Notes under the pieces: model-generated
What the model was told of the DNA's origin: nothing
The model's input: the letters and a program-made list of their open reading frames with translations, nothing else
The model's database searches: none
Part shown: piece after piece, positions 39,080 through 46,995 of the stretch
Numbering within the stretch: position 1 is the stretch's first letter
Layout of the letters: the number at the start of each line of letters is the position of its first letter
Assembly: GCA_034667725.1 (NCBI GenBank)
Contig: JAXDQS010000002.1
Location: 64,001-128,000, forward strand
From: Thermoplasmata archaeon
GTDB lineage: Archaea; Thermoplasmatota; E2; JACPAO01; JAHFTW01
Length of the DNA stretch: 64,000 bases
Direction of reading: 5' to 3'
Translations under genes and position numbers: made by a program

Positions 39080-39727
39080 CTAGAGGCTGGCCTCGAAGTC
39101 GTCAACGGACTTGCCGAACGCGGCGCGGTCGGCGAGCTCGCCACGGGCGACCAGGATCTCGCGCGCCAGCAGCCAGTACACGAGGGCCAGGCTGCGGCGG
39201 CCCTTGTTGTTGGAGGGCACGACGATGTCCAGGTTCTTGGTCTCGTTGTTGGAGTCGACGAGGCCGATGATGGGGACCTTGATGTTCATGGCCTCGCGCA
39301 TGGCCTGCGCGTCGCCGAGCGGGTCGGTCAGGACCAGCACCTCGGGCTCCATGAAGTTGGGCGTGATCGGGTTGGTCAGGCTGCCCGGCATGAAGCGGCC
39401 GGCGATGGCGGTGGCGCCGACGGCCTTGGCGGCCTCCTTGACCGGCTTCTGGCCGTATTGGCGCTGGCTCACGAACAGGATGCGGCTCGGCTCGTACTTG
39501 GCCAGGAACTGCGCGACCTTGCGGATTTGCGCGTCGGTCTTGGCGACGTCGAGCACGAACAGGCCGTCGTTGCGGACCCGGAAGATGTACGGCTTCATGT
39601 CCGCCGTCTTGTGCTGCGTGCCGATGTGGACGCCCGACGTGAGGTACTCCTCCTCCGGGACCAGCAGTTCGGTGCCCGGCGCGGCGCTCGAGGCCTGCTG
39701 GGTGTCAAGGAAGGTTTCGTCGCTCAC
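39080..39727 (-). CDS. rps2: 30S ribosomal protein uS2 (archaeal type)
   Basis: YLTSGVHIGT, GRFMPGSLTNP, PSNNKGRRSLALVYWLLAREIL. Confidence 0.97.
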   Translation of the reverse strand: MSDETFLDTQQASSAAPGTELLVPEEEYLTSGVHIGTQHKTADMKPYIFRVRNDGLFVLDVAKTDAQIRKVAQFLAKYEPSRILFVSQRQYGQKPVKEAAKAVGATAIAGRFMPGSLTNPITPNFMEPEVLVLTDPLGDAQAMREAMNIKVPIIGLVDSNNETKNLDIVVPSNNKGRRSLALVYWLLAREILVARGELADRAAFGKSVDDFEASL

Positions 39728-39915
39728 TGTTTCACCTGGTGGGTCTTGCTGCGCTTGACGGTGAGGGGGATGGCGTTGGCGTCGTACTCCAGCATGGCCA
39801 CCCGGACGGGGTTGCGCACGTCGGCGGGGATCTCGATCAGGGGCGGGGCGCCCATGGAGACCTGCAGGGCACGGGCGCCGACGATGCGGGCCTTCTCGAA
39901 ACGGGTGTAGTCCAA
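39724..39915 (-). CDS. rpoK: DNA-directed RNA polymerase subunit K (Rpo6)
   Basis: YTRFEKARIVGARALQVSMGAP...IPLTVKR. Confidence 0.97.
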   Translation of the reverse strand: MDYTRFEKARIVGARALQVSMGAPPLIEIPADVRNPVRVAMLEYDANAIPLTVKRSKTHQVKQ

Positions 39916-40184
39916 GCCATCACCTCACCGGGGTCCCAAAGGCACCCGGCGTCGGGTGCGGGACGAAGGCGGGGATATAAACGGTTGCCCCGGCCGATGG
40001 GCGCGGCTGGCTAGGCAAGATCGGAGTCGCTGCCACCCCGGCCTGTGGAAAGGCCTTGGGTCGCCATGCCGCCTGCGCGGCATCTGCTCCTTGAGGCAAG
40101 CCAGCCGGCGATGGGGCATAAGGGCTGTGGTCAGGCGCAAGAAAAGGGAGAATGAGGGGAAGGCGGGAAAGGGGGATGTTCAGT

Positions 40185-42224
40185 TCAGCATCCCGTCGTC
40201 GGCGTCGCGTTCGGCCAGACGTACCCGCCCGACTTGTCCGCCTCGCTGCCGCTCAGGGCTTCGAACGTGACCACGGTGCCCGGCGGGATGTACGTGCCGA
40301 GGGTCCACTTGCCCCACTGCGCATTGTACACCATGTCGGCGGGGTCGCTGTTGCAGTTGCCCAGGTAGGCCCACACGATGTTGACCTCCTTGTTGCCGGT
40401 CACGACGACCTCGGCCCAGTGGTCGTTGCCCTTGACGCCGCTGAAGGTGGCGTCGAAGGTGCTGGTCCCGGAGGGGCAGGCGACCTTGGTAGCGTCCGTG
40501 TTGGGCGCCGGAATCCAGCGGTAGCAGTCGCTCAGGTCGGTGGCGCCGGTGCTGCTGGTGGCGCGGAACTGCACGATGGTCCCTTGCACGATGTGGTCGG
40601 AGCGCCCGTAGCCGCCCCAGCTCTGCTTGACCATGGGTTGCCACGGGCCGCCGTTGAGCCGGACGTCGACGGCCGCGATGGTCTTTCCATTGCCGTTGAC
40701 GCTGGCCTGCACCCACCACTCGTTGCCGCGGACGCCGGTGAAGGTGGCGTCGAAGGTGGCCGCCGCGGTCTGGAACCGCTGGACCCAGGTGGTGTCGTCG
40801 GCCGAGTTGTAGGCCATGGCGAACGCCTCGCGGACGCCGTCGCGGTCGCCGTCGCCCACGATGAGGCGGGTGCCGTAGAACGGCATCGTGCCCAGGAGCT
40901 GGCTGGTCCACGCCGTGCTGCCTTTGCGCACCAGGTAGACCTTGTCCCAGGCAAGGACGTAGAGCTCCTGGCGGCCGTCGTTGTCGGCGTCGCCTAGGAA
41001 CAGGTCGTTGACGACGTCCGTGAACGACGTGGCGGTCTCGCGGGTCCAGACGCCGTTGACGCGCCGGAAGATCTCCAGCGTGCTGCCGGTCATGGTGGCG
41101 ATCTCGCCCTTGCCGTCGCCGTCCACGTCGCCCGCGACGACGGGGCCGGGGCTGTTGCTGGGCGCGCCGACGTAGACCGTCTGCCAGGCGCCGCCCACGA
41201 ACTCCACCATGTGGATGTCGCTCGTGCTGTAGGCGGGGCCGTAGCCGGCCACCGAGACGACCAGCTCGGGCTGGCCGTCGGCGTCGCCGTCGCCGACCCA
41301 AGCGTGGATGGCCGAGGACTGCACCGCGACGCCGTCGATGGTCATAATGCGGGTGTTGCCGGCGAAGTAGCCGAGCTTCCAGGCGGCGGCGTTGCCGTCG
41401 GCGTCCATGCCGACCGCGTAGAGGTCGAGCTTGCCGTCGCGGTCCACGTCCCCGATGGTGACGGCCTCGAGGAAGGTGCCCGGCAGCTCGGCCAGGAGCG
41501 TCTCCTGGTAGGCGAACTCGCCAGTGCGGACGTACCGGAACACCTGGCTGCCGCCGAGGGTGTCGGAGTAGCGGGCGCCGTAGACCTCGGCCTTGCCGTT
41601 GGCGTCCAGGTCCCCTGCCGCGACCGCGGACCAGTCGTCCCGCGCGGACACCGCGAACGAGGTGTCGCCGCGCAGATGGAACAGGGCGATGGTGGTCGCC
41701 ACGTAGAGGTCGCCGCGGCGGTCGCCGTCCGTGTCTCCGGTGGTGGCGTCCATGGTCATGCGGGACGAGATGGTGAACGTGTCCTGGGTCCAGGTCGCCG
41801 GGGGCGGGGGCGGCGGCGGAGGGGGCGGGGGCGGCGTGGTGCCGCATTGCTCGGCGCCGGCCGGATGCGTGAAGGGGCAACTGGTGACGACGCCCGCCGC
41901 CGTCGTGGCCCGGAAGGTCACGCGGTGGCCGGACTCGACGTGGTAACTCAGCGCCCACGAGCCCCATTCCGGATGGTTCGTCATGGCGGCCCACGGCCCG
42001 CCGTCGTCCATCACTTCCACTTTGGAGACCGGGCTGGTGCTGGTGACGATGGCCTCGACCCACCACTCGTTGCCGCCGGCCTTGTCCCTGAACGTGACCG
42101 TGCCGCCGCCGGGAAGCGGCTGCGCATGGTTGGCGGCCACTCCCGGGGCAAGGCACAGCCCGAGGAACAGGCTGAAACCTACGGCCGCCGCGAACGCAGG
42201 TAGGCGGCGAGATTGCTCGAGCAT
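40185..42224 (-). CDS. Secreted FG-GAP/VCBS-repeat protein with three expansin/CBM63-like Trp-rich modules
   Basis: Signal peptide; GDxDxDG repeats; three copies of 'GNEWWV...W..M....WG.W/Y...G..V.FRA'; poly-Pro linker. Confidence 0.8.
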   Translation of the reverse strand: MLEQSRRLPAFAAAVGFSLFLGLCLAPGVAANHAQPLPGGGTVTFRDKAGGNEWWVEAIVTSTSPVSKVEVMDDGGPWAAMTNHPEWGSWALSYHVESGHRVTFRATTAAGVVTSCPFTHPAGAEQCGTTPPPPPPPPPPPPATWTQDTFTISSRMTMDATTGDTDGDRRGDLYVATTIALFHLRGDTSFAVSARDDWSAVAAGDLDANGKAEVYGARYSDTLGGSQVFRYVRTGEFAYQETLLAELPGTFLEAVTIGDVDRDGKLDLYAVGMDADGNAAAWKLGYFAGNTRIMTIDGVAVQSSAIHAWVGDGDADGQPELVVSVAGYGPAYSTSDIHMVEFVGGAWQTVYVGAPSNSPGPVVAGDVDGDGKGEIATMTGSTLEIFRRVNGVWTRETATSFTDVVNDLFLGDADNDGRQELYVLAWDKVYLVRKGSTAWTSQLLGTMPFYGTRLIVGDGDRDGVREAFAMAYNSADDTTWVQRFQTAAATFDATFTGVRGNEWWVQASVNGNGKTIAAVDVRLNGGPWQPMVKQSWGGYGRSDHIVQGTIVQFRATSSTGATDLSDCYRWIPAPNTDATKVACPSGTSTFDATFSGVKGNDHWAEVVVTGNKEVNIVWAYLGNCNSDPADMVYNAQWGKWTLGTYIPPGTVVTFEALSGSEADKSGGYVWPNATPTTGC

Positions 42225-42488
42225 GCTGGACGCTCGGGGACGCGAAGGCAAAAAACGCCCCATTTAGGCAGAGGACTTGTCCACTTCCGGGGGCCGCGGA
42301 ATGCGCGGCGGGCTTCTCAGGCGAGCCGGCGGCGGCGAGGGGATGGGGATTGAAGGGCCCCCGCCCGAAGGCGGAGGCCCTGCCAGCCGGACAAGAAAAG
42401 GGCCGCGGCCGGGTCCGGGCTTGGCCCGGCAAGAGCGCCAACGTGGGCCGCCATGTAAGTCTAAGCCCCGCGGCCGGGTCCGCGCGGC

Positions 42489-43244
42489 GTGGACGCGGCC
42501 ACGCTCGCCCTGCTGGCAGCGGCCGGGTTCCTCGCCGCCTTCATCGACTCGCAGGTGGGCGGGGGCGGCGTCATCAGCCTCCCGGCGCTGATCGCCGCTG
42601 GCCTGCCGCCCCATCTTGCCCTTGGCACCAACAAGCTGGCCGGCACCGGCTCGGCGCTCATGGCGTCGTTCAACTACGCCCGGCGCGGCCTGGTGCCGTG
42701 GCGGCTGGCGCTGCCATTGGGCGCCCTGAGCTTTGTCGCGGCGTTCGCCGGCGTGGAGCTGGCGCTCGCGGTCGATGGGCGCCTCGTGCTCTACGCGGTG
42801 CTCGGCGTCATGGCGGCGATGACGCTCTACACCGTCCGCCGGCCGCGTTTCGGCGCCGACGACCGCCCCGGCGCGACCTCGGACCTGCAGCTGCTCGGCA
42901 TGGGGCTGTCCTGCATCGCCATCGGGCTCTACGACGGCTTCCTTGGGCCGGGCACCGGCTCGTTCCTGCTGTTCGCGGTCGTCGGCTGGCTCGGCATCGG
43001 CTTCCGCCGCGCCGCCGCCCTCGGCCGCGTGTTGAACCTCGCGTCGAACCTGGCCGCGCTGGCGCTGTTCGTCGCGCACGGCATGGTGGCGTGGCAGCCC
43101 GGCCTCGTCATGCTGGCGGCCATGCTGGGGGGAGCCTACGTAGGCAGCCACGTCGCGATCCGGCACGGCGACCGCTACCTCAAGCCGCTGTTCGTCGGCG
43201 TGACGCTGGTGCTGATGGCGCGCATTCTGTGGGGGCTGGCCTAG
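42489..43244 (+). CDS. TSUP (TauE/SafE) family transporter
   Basis: FIDSQVGGGGVISLP, ALGTNK, YDGFLGPGTGSF. Confidence 0.93.
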   Translation: MDAATLALLAAAGFLAAFIDSQVGGGGVISLPALIAAGLPPHLALGTNKLAGTGSALMASFNYARRGLVPWRLALPLGALSFVAAFAGVELALAVDGRLVLYAVLGVMAAMTLYTVRRPRFGADDRPGATSDLQLLGMGLSCIAIGLYDGFLGPGTGSFLLFAVVGWLGIGFRRAAALGRVLNLASNLAALALFVAHGMVAWQPGLVMLAAMLGGAYVGSHVAIRHGDRYLKPLFVGVTLVLMARILWGLA

Positions 43245-43288
43245 CTAGAAAAACGTTCAAGCACGGCCCGCTTGCCTCGCCTGAGCCC

Positions 43289-44572
43289 ATGCCTGTCAAG
43301 CCCACCCCGGACGCGGAGTATTCCTGGAACAAGCCGGACTTCTTCGCGAGCTCCGTGCAGCAGGTCCAGCCGACGAAGGACGTCGTCAAGCTCATCGACA
43401 TGATGCGCGACACCTCGGCGCAGGGCCGCCAGCTCGGCATGGTGTGCGACATCCTGCGCCGCGCCTTGGAGGACCCCGAGCGCCCGACCGTCGTGCTGGC
43501 CACCGCGGGCACCCTAATCTCGACCGGGATGCGCGACCTGTTCGTCAAGATGATGGAGGCCGGCTTCATCGACGCCTGGGTCTCGACCGGCGGCTGCATC
43601 GACGACGACCTCTACATCTCGCTCGGCGGCCCCGTCGGCATCGGCCGCCCCTCCATCGACAACCTGCTGCTGCGCGAGCACATGATCGACCGGCTGTACG
43701 ACTCCTACATCGACGAGGACTTCCTGCGCGCCTGCGACGGCTACATCTCCTACATGGCGGACGACCCCCGCATCGCCGGCCCCCGCACCAGCCGCGAGTT
43801 CACCTACTTCCTCGGCCAGGCCATCCGCGACCGCCGCCGCTACAACGACCTCACGCCCCAGAACGACGGCGTGCTGGCCGCCGTCAACCGCTTCGAGGTC
43901 CCGCTCTGGCTCCCCGCCCTCACCGACTGCTCGATGGGCATCGGCCTCTGCATCAACCACTGGCGCCACACCCGCGCCGGCACCAAGAAGACGTTCTTCC
44001 ACGACCCCGTCGCCGACAACTGGGAAATCACCCAGATGAAGGGCAACAGCAAGAAGTCGTGCGTCATCTACCTCGGCGGCGGCGTGCCCAAGAACTTCGT
44101 CAACGACTGCGAGGTCGTCTGCGAGACCACCGAGTACACCGACCGCGAAGGCCACGAGTACGCCGTCAACATCACGATGGACCGCCCGGAGTTCAACGGC
44201 CTCTCCGGCAGCACGCTGGAGGAGGCGCAGGCGTGGGGCAAGATCCACCGCGACGCCACCAAGGCCACCTGCTACGCCGACGTCCTTCTGGCCTGGCCCA
44301 TCGTCGCCAACTACCTGCTCGCGACCTGCAAGCCCCGCAAGCTGCTCCGGCCCAAGTGGCAAGGCAACGAGCTGGTCGAGATGGGCGGCCGCGCCATCGG
44401 ACGCCGCGACGGCGAGTTCGCCGAGGCCCCCGCCCCCTTCACGCCGGGCACCGGCAAGGCGAAGGGCAAGGCCAAGACCGTCGGCGCCAAGAACGGCAAG
44501 GCCAAGGGCGAGAAGGCCAAGCCCATCGTCCACGGCAAGCCCGGCAAGAAGGTCACGGTCAAGAGCCGGTAG
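43289..44572 (+). CDS. Deoxyhypusine synthase-family enzyme (DHS or DHS-like homospermidine synthase)
   Basis: VSTG, IDRLYDSY, PALTDCSMG, GGGVPKNF, GLSGSTLEEAQAWGK (catalytic Lys present); Lys-rich tail. Confidence 0.9.
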   Translation: MPVKPTPDAEYSWNKPDFFASSVQQVQPTKDVVKLIDMMRDTSAQGRQLGMVCDILRRALEDPERPTVVLATAGTLISTGMRDLFVKMMEAGFIDAWVSTGGCIDDDLYISLGGPVGIGRPSIDNLLLREHMIDRLYDSYIDEDFLRACDGYISYMADDPRIAGPRTSREFTYFLGQAIRDRRRYNDLTPQNDGVLAAVNRFEVPLWLPALTDCSMGIGLCINHWRHTRAGTKKTFFHDPVADNWEITQMKGNSKKSCVIYLGGGVPKNFVNDCEVVCETTEYTDREGHEYAVNITMDRPEFNGLSGSTLEEAQAWGKIHRDATKATCYADVLLAWPIVANYLLATCKPRKLLRPKWQGNELVEMGGRAIGRRDGEFAEAPAPFTPGTGKAKGKAKTVGAKNGKAKGEKAKPIVHGKPGKKVTVKSR

Positions 44573-44622
44573 CCCCGAGGTCGCTGCCGCAAGCTTGAGG
44601 TGAGCGCGGCCCATCCGTCGGC

Positions 44623-45252
44623 GTGCGCGTCCGACTGGCGGCCTGGGGCGCCGCGGCCCTCGCGGTCAACGCCGTCTCCTACCTCCCGCCCATCCGGGAG
44701 ACCGTGTTCCACTCGATCCTCAGCCTGTTCGGGTTCGCCGGCTACCTGCTGTTGAGCTTCGACCCGCCAGTGCGCACGCGCCTCCAGTTCCGCTTCCTCG
44801 TGGCCGGCGCCATCGTGGGAGTGGCCGGCTTCCTGGCCGTGAGCCAGTCGTGGCACGTCGTGGCCCACGCCTTCGGGTCGGGGTGCGCCGTCGCGTTCCT
44901 CGCGCTCCCCCTCTGGCTGTTCGCGCGCTCCGAGCGCTTCGTGTTCGTGGCGGCCGGCGCCGTCGCGGTCGCCGCCAAGTTCCTCGACGGCACGGCGGGC
45001 GAGCTGGCCTCCTACGCCGGCTTCGGCGCCGCGGCACTCGCCACCGCCTTGTGCGCCATGCGCCTGGCCAACCCCGGCGGCACCGTGATACCGGCCCGCA
45101 AGCCGCCCCGCATGGTGTGGGGCCGCGACATCATGACCCTCACGGACGACCAGAAGGCCCAGCGGCTTGCTGCGCTGGACGCCCGCTTCGAGGCCGGCGA
45201 GATTCCGGAACACGTCTACTGGGACCGCCGCCAAGAGATCGAGTCGCGCTGA
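44623..45252 (+). CDS. Membrane protein with C-terminal SHOCT-like domain
   Basis: About 6 TM segments; 'LAALDARFEAGEIPEHVYWDRRQEI'. Confidence 0.75.
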   Translation: MRVRLAAWGAAALAVNAVSYLPPIRETVFHSILSLFGFAGYLLLSFDPPVRTRLQFRFLVAGAIVGVAGFLAVSQSWHVVAHAFGSGCAVAFLALPLWLFARSERFVFVAAGAVAVAAKFLDGTAGELASYAGFGAAALATALCAMRLANPGGTVIPARKPPRMVWGRDIMTLTDDQKAQRLAALDARFEAGEIPEHVYWDRRQEIESR

Positions 45253-45290
45253 GCGACACGCACAAGAGCGGGGCCGGGCTCGATGGCGCG

Positions 45291-46109
45291 TTGGAGACAG
45301 AACGGCGCGAGCCCCAGCTCCTCGACCTGCCCATGGTCAAGCAGGGCCGCGCCGACCGCCTGAAGGCCGCCGGCATCGACACCGTGGACAAGCTGTGGAA
45401 GGCCGACCTGGGCAAGCTGGCGGCCGACCCGGCGTTCGCCACCGACGACGGCCTCCTGGGGCAGCTCCCTCTCCTGCAAGGCTACGCCGAGGCGCACGCC
45501 AAGGGCGCCGCCATCGTGTACGCGGCCGACGAGCGGCTGTTCCAGCTCAAGGAGCCCGTGCTGCACCTCGACCTGGAGTTCGACGGCCCCGCCTCCGAGA
45601 TTTTCCTGTGGGGCTACCTCGACCACGCGACCGGGCGCATCGAGCAGCACTTCGACCACACCCGCCACGGCCAAGAGCGCCTGCTGCGCGAGTTCCAGCA
45701 GCGCTGCCGCGACATCGACCCCACCGTCGTGACCTGGGGCGGCACCTCCAGCGACCTGGTGCAGCTGCGCCGCGCCTGCGACAAATACAAGATGGACACG
45801 GCGTGGATCCGCAAGGTCCGTTGGCTGGACTTGCAGACCCAGGTGGTCTACACGGGCAACCCAGAGACCCAGCGCATCTACCTGCCCGTCCGGAACTTCA
45901 GCAGCGACACGGTGGCCAAGCACTTCGGCTACGAGAAGCCCCGGCTGCGCATCAAGGACGGCTTCGCGGCGCTCAAGATCTACCAGGCGTACAAGCGCGC
46001 GCCCCGGGAAGGCATCAAGCGCGACCTGTGCGAGTACAACGCCGAGGACATCAAGCACACCAAGCTGATCTTGGACGGCGTGCGCGAGTTGATGCGGCCG
46101 CTGATCTAA
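45291..46109 (+). CDS. RNase H-like (YprB/TM0106-type) nuclease with N-terminal HhH-like segment
   Basis: LPMVKQGRADRLKAAGI; HLDLE; WLDL; YNAEDI; TTG start inferred. Confidence 0.82.
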   Translation: METERREPQLLDLPMVKQGRADRLKAAGIDTVDKLWKADLGKLAADPAFATDDGLLGQLPLLQGYAEAHAKGAAIVYAADERLFQLKEPVLHLDLEFDGPASEIFLWGYLDHATGRIEQHFDHTRHGQERLLREFQQRCRDIDPTVVTWGGTSSDLVQLRRACDKYKMDTAWIRKVRWLDLQTQVVYTGNPETQRIYLPVRNFSSDTVAKHFGYEKPRLRIKDGFAALKIYQAYKRAPREGIKRDLCEYNAEDIKHTKLILDGVRELMRPLI

Positions 46110-46121
46110 GACGGCAGTGAT

Positions 46122-46183
46122 GGCCCCCCGAGCGCAGCGAGCGGGGGCCCTAGCGCGGGCGACCCGCGGGGCGCAGCCCCCGG
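46122..46183. repeat. REP-like multi-hairpin element, copy B
   Basis: GGCCCCCC-GAGCGCAGCGAGC-GGGGGCC hairpin plus the 30-bp core identical to 15398-15427. Confidence 0.85.
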
Positions 46184-46219
46184 GATGGCGTCCGGGAACT
46201 GATGCGGCCGCTGATGTGA
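46184..46219 (+). repeat. Synonymously diverged duplicate of the last 12 codons of the upstream nuclease gene
   Basis: Encodes DGVRELMRPLM* versus DGVRELMRPLI* at 46074-46109; 7 of 36 nt differ. Confidence 0.9.
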
Positions 46220-46281
46220 CCAAAAACCGGCGCGTGCCGGTGGCCTTGCCGTTCAAATCCAGGCCGGCCGTTGGCGTCCCG

Positions 46282-46995
46282 ATGAAGGTCCTCGCCTTGC
46301 TCTTAGTCCTGGCCGTCCCGCTGGCGGCGGCCACGGACACTGCCGTCCTGACGTTCGAGTCGGTCCCGGTCGCGAAGCTGGTGGTGGACGACGCCCGGTC
46401 GGAGGCGGAGTCGACGTTCCTGCGCCGCAGCGCCGACGCCCTTGGCGACCGCGACGGCATGGTGTCCCAGGAGGAGGCGGACCAGGCGGCCACGATCGCG
46501 CGCCCGACGGTGGAGCGCGAGATGGACAAGCAGGTGCGCGGCGGCAACCTCACGCTCGACGGCCAGCTGCCGGCCACGGCGGCGCTCAAGGTCTTCACGC
46601 TCTCCAACATGACGGGGCCGGTCGAGCGGCCGGACCCCGTGGTGGCGCACGCGGAGGTCAGCATCCTGTTCGGCGTCAACGCCGGCGCCAACCATACGCT
46701 GTTCAGCCGGGTCCGCCCGGCCACCGGCCAGTACAACACGACCATCTGGCTGCCGCCGGGCTACGAAACGGTGGACGGGGCCCGGTCGCTCCAGTTCAAC
46801 GTCACCGGGGAGAGCGAGGGCGCGACCATTCCGTTCCGGCTCCCGCCCGTCGTCAGCCACGACGACGAGGGCCACGCGGCGCCCGCCGGCGGGCTCGGCC
46901 TCGGGTTGTGGGCGGTGGCCTTGGCGCTCGCGGGCCGCCGCCTCACCGCACCGGCGCCAGCATCGGCGGCGGCAACTCGACGCCGTGACGGCTGA
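46282..46995 (+). CDS. Secreted protein with EF-hand-like loop and PGF-CTERM-like C-terminus
   Basis: Signal peptide; DRDGMVSQEE; APAGG + TM + RR. Confidence 0.7.
   Translation: MKVLALLLVLAVPLAAATDTAVLTFESVPVAKLVVDDARSEAESTFLRRSADALGDRDGMVSQEEADQAATIARPTVEREMDKQVRGGNLTLDGQLPATAALKVFTLSNMTGPVERPDPVVAHAEVSILFGVNAGANHTLFSRVRPATGQYNTTIWLPPGYETVDGARSLQFNVTGESEGATIPFRLPPVVSHDDEGHAAPAGGLGLGLWAVALALAGRRLTAPAPASAAATRRRDG

Noticed and set aside
42403-42482. 15-bp direct repeat CCGCGGCCGGGTCCG upstream of the TSUP gene
   Set aside because: Almost all G/C, with no element core between the copies; cannot be separated from chance or a local duplication.
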